A stretch of 64,000 nucleotides of DNA from Limisphaerales bacterium (GTDB lineage: Bacteria > Verrucomicrobiota > Verrucomicrobiia > Limisphaerales > AAA164-E04): assembly GCA_965242585.1 (NCBI GenBank), contig OZ251460.1:3988968-4052967 (forward strand). Reading direction: 5' to 3'. This document shows positions 56,293 through 64,000 of the stretch, one piece after another (within the stretch, counting starts at the first letter, position 1; every line of letters starts with the position of its first letter). Both the position numbers and the translations under genes were made by a program. Below the pieces are notes generated by a model that saw only the letters and a program-made list of their open reading frames with translations, had not been told where the DNA came from and did no database searches.

Positions 56293-58401
56293 TCAGGTCG
56301 ATTCGTTGTTCGGGTTCGTCATATCGGCGTGATTTAATGGAGATCGATTCACGGTTTGGCAATCTTTTTTACCGATTTTTTTTCCCTTTGTTTTGGATGA
56401 TTTCGGTGGAGGAATTTTGTTTTTGCCGGCGGTGGGTTTGTTGCTTTGCTTCGGGAGCCGGCGCAGGCCGCCTTCTCGGATTGTTATACCTTGCGCATCC
56501 AAAAGTTGGAGAAAGGGGATCATTACTCGACGGCTTACTCCGGTGTATTGGCGGAGTTGGCTGACGCTGGCGGCGCGGTGTGTTTTGAGAAATTTTTTGA
56601 TGGATTCGAAAAGTTTGTCGTATCCTGTTTGTAGCAAGGCCAGATCTTTGTTGAGTTCGACTGCCTCGCCGGAATCAATCAGAAATCGCATTGCTTGTTC
56701 CTCTTCTTTGGAGGCGATGATTTGCTTTCGCGCTGGTGGTTCGTCTGCTTTTTCCCCTAAGGCTTTTCGAATTTGGTTGGCGGCGTCTTGCAGATTTGGC
56801 GGCAGGGAGATGGTAAAACCAGAGCGTTGGATTGCCGCAGATTGGACGATAAAATCGGACTCTGTCAATGCGTCGAGGATGGCGTTGAACGCGCCTTGCG
56901 ACTTCAATCGTTTGTCCAGACAATTCCGCAGTTGCGATAAGGGAAGGCCGAGAAGTTCGGGGTGTGTTTGATGGAAGTGGTTGATGGCGTTTGTTGCCGC
57001 GCCGAGTTGGGCTTTCCAGTAATTCGCCTCAAAGACGATGCCTCTCCGCCGCAGGATGGTTCCCTCTGTTTCCAGCATTGCCGCGCACTCGCGAATTTCT
57101 TGGGAACCGAAACGACTGCCTCGCATCAATTCGGCTTCCGGCAATGTTTGTTCCCGGACAATCTGCGCCCGCATCATCGTTGGCAAGGCGGCGGACGGAC
57201 TGCGGCGGCAAGCCTCCAAGTAGGTCCGTTGTCGCTCACTGCGAAAACGTCCCGCGCTTGCTCGAACGTCTAGCGCAATGCCGCCGGCCAGAGTATGCGT
57301 TTCGGCCCAGTCTCGAATCACAAAGCGGTCTCCCGTCAACACCGAAGCGGTTCGCTCCAAGCGGAGCTCTCCGATGGCTTCTTGTCCCGGCTTTAACTCG
57401 AGGCAGTTGAGGAAAAAGATTCTTCCGGGAATGTTGGCGCTTCCGTGGTGCAATCGCACGCGGGCGCCGTGTTTGAGCGGTTTGGAAGCCGGTGTTTTGC
57501 CTCCGACCAAGCGTTTTGATTTTGTGATCACGGCGTCCAAGACTCTGCCGGGTTTTTCAAAGTTTTTCGCAGTGACGACGTCACCTCGACCGACGCCTTC
57601 TGTCGTTGATACAGAAGTCGATCTGAGGGCGACGTTCGCCAAGTTGATGGCCACTCTCGTTCCCGGCCCGGCGGATTCTGCGACGCGTCCAAAGCACTGC
57701 ATGCTTCGAATCCTGGCGGAAATGCCTTGCGGTTGCACTACGACCGATTGTTCCACGTGAAAACAACCGTCCGCCAAACTCCCGGTGACGACCGTGCCGT
57801 GTCCTTTTACGGAGAAGGCGCGGTCCACGGACAAGCGCGGTTTCTCGATGTCGGGAGGAGTTGGCAGGCTGTCTAAAATCGAGGCCAGCGTTTGTTTCAA
57901 CTCGGAGACGCCTCGCCCGTTGGCCGCCGAGGTAGCGACGATTGGCGCATTCTCATACGCGGTTCCCAAAATCTCCTCTTGGACGACCTCCCGAAGAAAG
58001 TCTTCGTCATCCTCAGCCAAGTCGATTTTGTTCAAAGCGATTACCAGCCGTTGAACGCCCAGATATTCTAGAATTTGGAAATGCTCCTCGGTTTGCGGCA
58101 TCCAACCGTCGTCGGCCGCCACAACAATCAATCCCAGGTTAACGCAACCCATCCCCGCTATCATGTTTTTCACAAAGTCTTCATGGCCGGGAACGTCGAT
58201 GACGCCAACATGCATCGGCGTCCAATGGGGCAAAGGGGAGGACAGTGGCAATTCGGCGAATCCCAATTCGATGGTCATACCGCGTTTCCTTTCTTCCGGC
58301 AGCCGGTCCGGATGAGTTTTCGTCAAAGCCTCAACTAAGGCGCTTTTGCCGTGGTCCACATGGCCTGCGGTTGCCAAAATAAAGTGTCGAGCCTCTGTCA
58401 T
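56293..58401 (-). CDS. selB: selenocysteine-specific translation elongation factor
   Basis: 702 aa. [47 protein letters not shown] and NKIDL form the EF-Tu-like GTPase, followed by long winged-helix-like C-terminal domains and a K/P-rich tail. Confidence 0.85.
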   Translation of the reverse strand: MTEARHFILATAGHVDHGKSALVEALTKTHPDRLPEERKRGMTIELGFAELPLSSPLPHWTPMHVGVIDVPGHEDFVKNMIAGMGCVNLGLIVVAADDGWMPQTEEHFQILEYLGVQRLVIALNKIDLAEDDEDFLREVVQEEILGTAYENAPIVATSAANGRGVSELKQTLASILDSLPTPPDIEKPRLSVDRAFSVKGHGTVVTGSLADGCFHVEQSVVVQPQGISARIRSMQCFGRVAESAGPGTRVAINLANVALRSTSVSTTEGVGRGDVVTAKNFEKPGRVLDAVITKSKRLVGGKTPASKPLKHGARVRLHHGSANIPGRIFFLNCLELKPGQEAIGELRLERTASVLTGDRFVIRDWAETHTLAGGIALDVRASAGRFRSERQRTYLEACRRSPSAALPTMMRAQIVREQTLPEAELMRGSRFGSQEIRECAAMLETEGTILRRRGIVFEANYWKAQLGAATNAINHFHQTHPELLGLPLSQLRNCLDKRLKSQGAFNAILDALTESDFIVQSAAIQRSGFTISLPPNLQDAANQIRKALGEKADEPPARKQIIASKEEEQAMRFLIDSGEAVELNKDLALLQTGYDKLFESIKKFLKTHRAASVSQLRQYTGVSRRVMIPFLQLLDAQGITIREGGLRRLPKQSNKPTAGKNKIPPPKSSKTKGKKIGKKDCQTVNRSPLNHADMTNPNNEST

Positions 58402-58583
58402 TTTCCAAGACTTTTAGATTCTGTTTCTGCGCTATCTATAGAATTCTCTAGTTTAGATAAGTATAGATTTTCATCCTCATCGGTTCTAGAATGTAAATCT
58501 AATAAAGTTTCCTCATCTATAAAGTCATTCTCCACAATTATATCGCTTTTAAATAAGTTATTTACTTTTACTATATGACACAT
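58398..58583 (-). CDS. very AT-rich small acidic ORF (61 aa) between selA and selB
   Basis: [61 protein letters not shown]. It starts 5 nt after the selA stop, and its TGA overlaps the selB ATG (58398-58401). An open frame of this length in such AT-rich DNA is unlikely by chance. Confidence 0.4.
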   Translation of the reverse strand: MCHIVKVNNLFKSDIIVENDFIDEETLLDLHSRTDEDENLYLSKLENSIDSAETESKSLGK

Positions 58584-58588
58584 TTCAG

Positions 58589-59986
58589 CTATTCTATAGA
58601 CTGATTTTCAAGAGCGGCCAGATGCCGGGCAAGGACGTTGTCTTGAGAGGGGAATACGGTTCGGAGGTCTAGGCAGAGACGGTTGTCGGCTACATAGCCG
58701 ATCACGGGAGGCTTCATCCGCCGCAGTTGGGCGGCCATTTCTTGTGGACGACTCCCCTGCATTCCGATTTTGAGGGCGACGGAGGGAATTCGGCTTCGGG
58801 GCAAGGCGCCGCCGCCAGTTTCCACAAAAGTCTTTTCTAACTGAATTTCTAAACGGCTTGGACACAGTTGTTCGATGATCTTTTGCCCTCGTTTTGACAA
58901 TGTTTCTGGGGTTGCTGATAGCCGTTGCCAAACGGTGACTTCGGGAATTTGTTTGCCGGAGAGTCTTCTCAGATAGGCTTCAACGGTTGTTTGGAGGGCG
59001 CTGAGGGCGAGTTTGTCTGGGCGGAGCGCTCGGTAGAGAGGATTTTTTTTCAAGGTTTCAATGCGGTCTGCGCTACCGCAAATTAGCCCCGCCTGTGGGC
59101 CTCCAAACAATTTGTCCGCGCTAAAACACACCAAACTTGCGCCGCAGTCTAGAGCTTGGCCGGGCGTTGTCTCTTTGCCAGCGCCTGAAATTGTTGCCGT
59201 GTCCGCCATGGCGCCGCTTCCTTGATCGTAAACCAGCGGGATGCCGAATCTTCGGCCTAATTCGGCTAATTCCGCCAATTTTGGCTCTTTCACGAAGCCT
59301 TCCATGTAGAAGTTGCTTCGGTGAACGCGCAAGATTAGTCCCGTTCGTTCGGTGATAGCGCTTTTGAAGTCGGCCAGGGTTGTGCGGTTGGTAGTTCCCA
59401 CTTCGCGCAACACGGCACCGCTGGCGGAGAGGATTTCCGGGATGCGAAAGCCGCCGCCGATCTGCACCAAATCGCCCCTGGAAACAAGCGCTTCGGGTTT
59501 GGCTTCTTGAACGAATTGATGGAGAATCAAGAAGAGAGCGGCGGCGCAGTTGTTCACCACGGCCGCCCATGAACTTCCCGTCAGCAAGGCGAAACACTTT
59601 TCCACATAGCCACCGCGGCGGCTTCGGGATCCTTCTGCAAGGTCGAACTCCAAGTTGCAGTAGCCAGCCGACACTTCCGACATCAACCACACGGCTTCAA
59701 GAGACAATGGCGCGCGTCCTAAGTTGGTATGCAGCACAATCCCCGTTGCGTTGATGACCGGTTGCAAGCGGGATGAGCGGAGCGCATCGACTTGTTGCCT
59801 CAGGCAGTGGAGCATTGCATCGTATGTCGCCGGCGGATTGCCTGTCTGCCTTGCTTCACTCGTCAAGTCCCTAGCGAGAGAGGCTATCAGAGCTTGGGGC
59901 AAATCGCTTGGCCCGAAATCCCGCAACAAGCGGTCTACCGAAGGAATTTTCCTAAAATCCTTTTGCGAGCGGTTCATGGGCGGCAT
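58589..59986 (-). CDS. selA: L-seryl-tRNA(Sec) selenium transferase
   Basis: From the internal Met MPPMNRSQKDFRKIPSVDRLL (typical SelA N-terminus), giving about 465 aa, with NNCAAALFLIL and FSADKLFGGPQAGLI (PLP lysine region). The track ORF extends to 60130. Confidence 0.85.
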   Translation of the reverse strand: MPPMNRSQKDFRKIPSVDRLLRDFGPSDLPQALIASLARDLTSEARQTGNPPATYDAMLHCLRQQVDALRSSRLQPVINATGIVLHTNLGRAPLSLEAVWLMSEVSAGYCNLEFDLAEGSRSRRGGYVEKCFALLTGSSWAAVVNNCAAALFLILHQFVQEAKPEALVSRGDLVQIGGGFRIPEILSASGAVLREVGTTNRTTLADFKSAITERTGLILRVHRSNFYMEGFVKEPKLAELAELGRRFGIPLVYDQGSGAMADTATISGAGKETTPGQALDCGASLVCFSADKLFGGPQAGLICGSADRIETLKKNPLYRALRPDKLALSALQTTVEAYLRRLSGKQIPEVTVWQRLSATPETLSKRGQKIIEQLCPSRLEIQLEKTFVETGGGALPRSRIPSVALKIGMQGSRPQEMAAQLRRMKPPVIGYVADNRLCLDLRTVFPSQDNVLARHLAALENQSIE

Positions 59987-60289
59987 TGTCCTTTGAGACA
60001 AGACTTCGCGCAATGCAATTTCTCCTTGCCCGGTTTTGCCGTTCTTTTTCATCCCATAGGAAACGATTTCGAATCCTCCACTCTCACACTCGCTTGTTGC
60101 CCGCCAAAAAACAGCGAAACAGCCTACCAAGAACCATTTTTAGGATAATCAAAATTCCGCATTTTGCGCAAATTTCACACGCTCAGCGTTTGAGCCGGAA
60201 GTGTTTATCTCCAACCGCAACGCTCGCATCCCCTTTTGGATTCCATAATAAGAAGAGTTGGCACAGAATTTGCTATCTTCCCCCAAGTT

Positions 60290-60694
60290 ATGAAGTTCTC
60301 GAATCAAACATTGTCTCTTTGGACTGCCCTGTTCTTGTTCGGCCAGCTTTCGTCCGTCTATGTTCCCGCCGCCTCAGCTGCGGATGTTTCCGATGCGGTT
60401 GTGCGGCGAAGTCTTGAAATCGCGCTGGGAAAATCTTTGGATGAATCCATCACCAAGGAAGACTTGGCGCGAGTGACTCATCTGAGTTTCCGAAGACACT
60501 TTCGAATTGCGCTAACTTTGCCCATTGGATTGACGAATCTAACTACGCTGGAAATTTTTGACAATACCCTGACGTCTCTGGCTTTACCTAAAGACTTGAA
60601 GAATCTTGAATTTCTGAACATCCAAAACAACCAACTGCCCGCGCTGACTCTTCCAGAGGTTGCGCCCGCCGCTCGGGAATGTTGCAGTCTTTAA
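60290..60694 (+). CDS. LRR protein, N-terminal piece (signal peptide plus LRRs); apparently frameshifted from the next ORF
   Basis: MKFSNQTLSLWTALFLFGQLSSVYVPAASAA, then LRR units (LTNLTTLEIFDNTLTSLALPKDLKNLEFLNIQNNQLPALTLPE), then non-LRR residues and a stop. Confidence 0.5.
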   Translation: MKFSNQTLSLWTALFLFGQLSSVYVPAASAADVSDAVVRRSLEIALGKSLDESITKEDLARVTHLSFRRHFRIALTLPIGLTNLTTLEIFDNTLTSLALPKDLKNLEFLNIQNNQLPALTLPEVAPAARECCSL

Positions 60695-62250
60695 CCTTGC
60701 CCGAAGGTATGAATCATTTGACCCGCTTGTATCTCTACGGCAATTCTCTAACTGCTCTAACTCTGCCCGATGATTTGAAGAGCTTGCAAGAGCTGGATCT
60801 TGGAAGGAACAGCTTGCGCGAGCTGAATTTACCCTCAAGTCTGACGGGTTTGCAGAGGCTGAATCTTAGTGAGAATCGTCTGAGCGTCTTCATTTTACCG
60901 GAAGGATTGACGAGCTTAAAAGTGCTGGAACTTGATCTTAACTACAACTACATTGGCCACAAGCGCCAATTGGTTAGCCTCATTGCGCCTTTTGAATTAG
61001 ACGTCTCTAATCTACAAATTTCGGGTTTTCCCAAAGCAGATATTGTGCGTTACAATCCACATTCCCTTATCTCCGATCCAGGCTTGCAAACCGCCATCCG
61101 ACAAGCATTAGAAAAAAGCGAACATGAATGGCGAATTACGGCGGAAGATTTGAAGAGTTTGACCAAGTTAAATGCCTCGCAATCAACTTCGTCCAGACGC
61201 CCGCCAGTGCGGAACCTGCAAGGGCTAGAGATGGCGACCAATCTCGTTTCGCTAAACCTCAACGGCAATGGTCTCGCTTCATTGGACTGGCCCAAAGGAA
61301 TGTTGAATCTGAAAACGTTGGATTTAAGTCAAAATGCTCTAGGCTTTCTGGTTATTCTCGAAGAATTGACAAGTCTGCAAAAGCTGGACCTCAGAGGCAA
61401 TCAGCTCAACAGTTTAGCGCTACCTTTAGATATGAATATCGTAAACCTCCAACTTTCTGGTTTTCCCAAAGCAGATATTGTGCGTTACAATCCGCATTCC
61501 CTCATTCCCGATCCAGGCTTGCAAACCGCCATCCGGCAAGCATTAGAAAAAAGCGAACATGAATGGCGGATTACGGCGGAAGATTTGAAGAGTTTGACCA
61601 AGTTAAACGCCTCGCAATCAACTTCGTCCAAACGCCCACCGGTGCGAAACTTGCAAGGGCTAAATATGGCAACCAATCTCGTTTCGCTGAACCTCAACGG
61701 CAACGGTTTGACCTCGTTAACCTTGCCTGCCGGTTTAACGAACCTAAAGACGCTGTATCTAACCCAAAATAGTCTGCAAGAGATCATTTTCCCCACAGAC
61801 TTGGCAAACTTGGAAACGCTCTATCTAACTTATAACAATTTCAGCGAGTTGTCTTTGCCCAAAGGAATGACTAATTTAAAAACGCTGTCTATAAGAGACA
61901 ATCGCCTTAGAAAACTAACCTTGCCTGAAGGTATGATCCACTTGCGGAGATTGTATCTCAATGGGAATCCAATAAACCGGTTGGCCGTGCCTCAAGGTAT
62001 GAATATCGACAACCTTCGGATTTCTGGTTTTTCCAAAGCGGACATTGCCTTTTACGATCTAGAAACTGGCGCAAGCAAAACCTTGGCTATTATTCAGCTG
62101 AAAGACGGTAGCCTAAAAATCTCTTGGAGCGGAGGCCAGTTGCAATCCTCTGCCGACTTGTCGGGAAATTGGAAAGATGTCGAGAGTGGAGAAAGCCCGC
62201 TGCAAGTTGAGACGGTAGGGTCTTCTAGTTTCTTTCGATTGCGTCCGTAG
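60679..62250 (+). CDS. LRR protein, main piece, with an FFRL-type C-terminal module
   Basis: 523 aa of LRRs (L..L.L..N.L..L.LP), no signal peptide of its own, and the C-terminus LKDGSLKISWSGGQLQSSADLSGNWKDVESGESPLQVETVGSSSFFRLRP. Confidence 0.6.
   Translation: MLQSLTLPEGMNHLTRLYLYGNSLTALTLPDDLKSLQELDLGRNSLRELNLPSSLTGLQRLNLSENRLSVFILPEGLTSLKVLELDLNYNYIGHKRQLVSLIAPFELDVSNLQISGFPKADIVRYNPHSLISDPGLQTAIRQALEKSEHEWRITAEDLKSLTKLNASQSTSSRRPPVRNLQGLEMATNLVSLNLNGNGLASLDWPKGMLNLKTLDLSQNALGFLVILEELTSLQKLDLRGNQLNSLALPLDMNIVNLQLSGFPKADIVRYNPHSLIPDPGLQTAIRQALEKSEHEWRITAEDLKSLTKLNASQSTSSKRPPVRNLQGLNMATNLVSLNLNGNGLTSLTLPAGLTNLKTLYLTQNSLQEIIFPTDLANLETLYLTYNNFSELSLPKGMTNLKTLSIRDNRLRKLTLPEGMIHLRRLYLNGNPINRLAVPQGMNIDNLRISGFSKADIAFYDLETGASKTLAIIQLKDGSLKISWSGGQLQSSADLSGNWKDVESGESPLQVETVGSSSFFRLRP
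61010..61715 (+). repeat. two ~265-bp direct repeats within the LRR gene, 435-nt (145-codon) offset
   Basis: ggttttcccaaagcagatattgtgcgttacaatcc... occurs at 61024 and 61459. By eye roughly nine of ten bases are identical over about 250 bp. The protein units are (I/L)SGFPKADIVRYNPHSLI.DPGLQTAIRQALEKSEHEWRITAEDLKSLTKLNASQSTSS. Confidence 0.85.
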
Positions 62251-62410
62251 CCGGGCTTTGGCTTGGATGATTGTCGATTTTCTCCGCATTTCTGCATAAA
62301 ATTCTCGTCTGCCTGCCATAGGGAAACAAGGCAAGGCGGTGGGTTTGTCTTGCCGTTGCCCGCAGAAAAGAGATTGAATCTGCCGCCAGGAAGTTGAAAA
62401 TCTGACTGCG

Positions 62411-64000
62411 ATGCCCGTCGCCGTTCCCATTAAAAAAGAAGTTGTTCTGCTTGGCGGAGGACACGCCCACGTCGCCGTGTTGAAACAATTCGGGATGCAC
62501 CCGCTGCCCGGCGTTCGGCTTACGCTAGTGTCTCCCCGCTACGACACGCCTTACTCCGGAATGCTTCCGGGACATATCGCCGGCCACTACACCTTTGCGG
62601 AAAGCCACGTCAGCTTGCTTCCGCTCTGCCAATTTGCGAACGCCCAATTCTATCAAGATGCCGCAGTTGCTCTGGATCTTGAGAACCGCAAAATACACTG
62701 CCGGCAAAGGCCGCCCGTCGCTTTTGACATACTCTCTATTGACACCGGATCCACGCCGTCCATTTGTTTAACATCCGGCGCGGCCGACCACGCCGTCCCG
62801 ATCAAACCCGTCGATCTCTTTTTGCAGCGGTGGGAGGCAATCGAGAATGAACTCAAGGCCAAACCAAACCGCCCGGCTCAATTCATCATTGTGGGCGCCG
62901 GTGCCGGCGGTGCGGAGTTGACGCTCAGCCTCCAACATCGCCTCGAAAAATTATTCACAAAAGAGCAAGCGCCGGAGGAACGATTTCACTTTTCCTTGTT
63001 CGCTGCCTCTTCGACGATTTTGCCCACTCACGCCCCTCAAGTCCGAGAGAGTTATCGACGCATCCTTGCCTCTCGAAAAGTTGCCGTTTATACTAATTGT
63101 CGAATCACCGAAGTTTTTGCCGACCGCGTTCACACTAGCCAAAATGGGCGCCATGAATACGATTACTTGCTCTGGGCAACCGAGGCATCTGCACCAGACT
63201 GGCCCAAAAGCGCCGGCCTCGACGTCGATGAGCATGGTTTTATCGCCGTCAACGACTGTCTCCAATCCACTTCCCATCCTTTTGTCTTTGCCGCCGGCGA
63301 CGTCGCTTCCATGCGCTGGCATCCGCGGCCGAAATCCGGCGTGTTCGCCGTCCGACAAGGGCCTCCGTTGGCGCGCAATCTCAGAGCGGCGGTTCTTGGC
63401 GGATGGAATGAATCCAGGAACGATCCAAACGCAAAGAGAGCGATTCCCTTCGTTTCCTACACGCCGCAAAAACACTTTCTCAGTTTGATCAGCACGGGAG
63501 ATCGTTTTGCCATAGCCTCGCGCGGCCGCTGGTCAGTAAAAGGAAAGTGGGTTTGGAAGTGGAAAGATTGGATCGACCGCCGCTGGATGCGCCAATACCA
63601 AATTCTTCCCGCAATGCATCGCCACGCGCCCGGCAAAATGGGACAAGCGCTCTCAAAAACAACGAAAAAGGAACAATCCGCCGGTTTTTTGTCCGCCTTC
63701 TTCCCTAAAACTTTGCGAAGCTCTTTCCAACAAAATTCCCAGCCCGAAATCCGCTGCGACGGTTGCGGATCCAAAGTAGGACGCAACATTCTCACTCAAA
63801 CCCTCAGGCGCATCGCCCCTCCGCAAAACCTTTCCGCCAGCATCGGCCTCCGTTCGCCGGACGACGCCGCCGTATTTTCAGTCCCTGAAAAATCGCGTAT
63901 CGTTCAAACAGTTGATTTTTTCCCTGCCTTTCTCAGCGATCCTTTTCTCTTTGGCCAAATCACCGCGATCCACTGCCTCAGCGACATTTTGGCCATGGGC
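62411..64000 (+). CDS. selD: FAD/NAD(P)-dependent oxidoreductase fused to selenide, water dikinase (SelD); C-terminus beyond the window edge
   Basis: Not in the ORF track (edge). My translation gives MPVAVPIKKEVVLLGGGHAHVAVLKQ..., FIIVGAGAGGAELT and FAAGDV (two dinucleotide-binding motifs). It then reads EIRCDGCGSKVGRNIL...DDAAVF...VDFFPAFLSDPFLFGQITAIHCLSDILAMG (SelD N-terminus, Cys form). 530 codons are open to base 64000. Confidence 0.8.
   Translation, partial: MPVAVPIKKEVVLLGGGHAHVAVLKQFGMHPLPGVRLTLVSPRYDTPYSGMLPGHIAGHYTFAESHVSLLPLCQFANAQFYQDAAVALDLENRKIHCRQRPPVAFDILSIDTGSTPSICLTSGAADHAVPIKPVDLFLQRWEAIENELKAKPNRPAQFIIVGAGAGGAELTLSLQHRLEKLFTKEQAPEERFHFSLFAASSTILPTHAPQVRESYRRILASRKVAVYTNCRITEVFADRVHTSQNGRHEYDYLLWATEASAPDWPKSAGLDVDEHGFIAVNDCLQSTSHPFVFAAGDVASMRWHPRPKSGVFAVRQGPPLARNLRAAVLGGWNESRNDPNAKRAIPFVSYTPQKHFLSLISTGDRFAIASRGRWSVKGKWVWKWKDWIDRRWMRQYQILPAMHRHAPGKMGQALSKTTKKEQSAGFLSAFFPKTLRSSFQQNSQPEIRCDGCGSKVGRNILTQTLRRIAPPQNLSASIGLRSPDDAAVFSVPEKSRIVQTVDFFPAFLSDPFLFGQITAIHCLSDILAMG

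Noticed and set aside
54515-62410. A tRNA-Sec (selC) in the spacers around selB, selA and selD (54515-54665, 58402-58588, 60131-60289, 62251-62410), and also at 48100-48282.
   Set aside because: No segment shows an 8-bp acceptor stem, a UCA anticodon loop (CTTCAAA-like) or a GC-rich T-arm. 58402-58588 is far too AT-rich. A proper tRNA scan should still be run.
1-64000. CRISPR arrays, rRNA genes, or reverse-transcriptase-based elements (retron, DGR).
   Set aside because: I saw no regularly spaced short direct repeats, no rRNA-like sequence and no RT motif (YxDD) in any ORF. The only sizeable repeats are in-gene duplications in the LRR and DUF2130-like genes.

Overview
This 64-kb window looks like a chromosomal segment from a PVC-type, probably Verrucomicrobiota-like, bacterium. 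That placement is inference from gene content only: a DUF1559 H-X9-DG pseudopilin-like protein, an LpxC/FabZ fusion, an oxidoreductase-SelD fusion, and shc plus an hpnG-like gene. I call about 60 genes. Housekeeping genes: recD2 (partial), lpxA, lpxC-fabZ, pnp, rpsO, recN, moaA, queD, tRNA-Pro, an MscK-like channel, and a polyamine nspC cluster. These are interspersed with islets that look AT-richer by eye and carry secreted, repeat-containing or decayed genes. The most notable content is a selenium island at about 52.4-64 kb. It holds two adjacent thioredoxin-fold genes that the ORF track splits at in-frame TGA codons sitting exactly on the first active-site Cys (W-U-P-F-C and W-U-A-G-C). Each TGA is followed by a short hairpin. 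The island also holds selB, selA and a selD fusion. It is interrupted by a DNA methyltransferase with a C-terminal nuclease-like domain, a very AT-rich 61-codon ORF wedged between selA and selB, and a frameshifted LRR gene. I found no tRNA-Sec. Other items worth a second look:
- a five-gene envelope lipoprotein cluster (two CsgG-like proteins, a COG3014-like protein, a YcfL-like protein and an LpoB-like protein);
- two carboxy(nor)spermidine dehydrogenase paralogs flanking nspC;
- a LuxE/LuxC-like pair coupled to queD;
- a decay zone with an IS5 remnant and back-to-back RND and MtnA fragments;
- a poly-G(12) tract;
- a C-terminal module ending in FFRL shared by three secreted proteins;
- two ORF-poor regions I could not explain (3998-4470 and 41707-43597).
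Everything here comes from reading and hand-translating the sequence. No searches, folding or statistics were run. Family names are recognitions from memory of motifs. ORFs that run off the window edges are absent from the ORF track, so I translated those myself.
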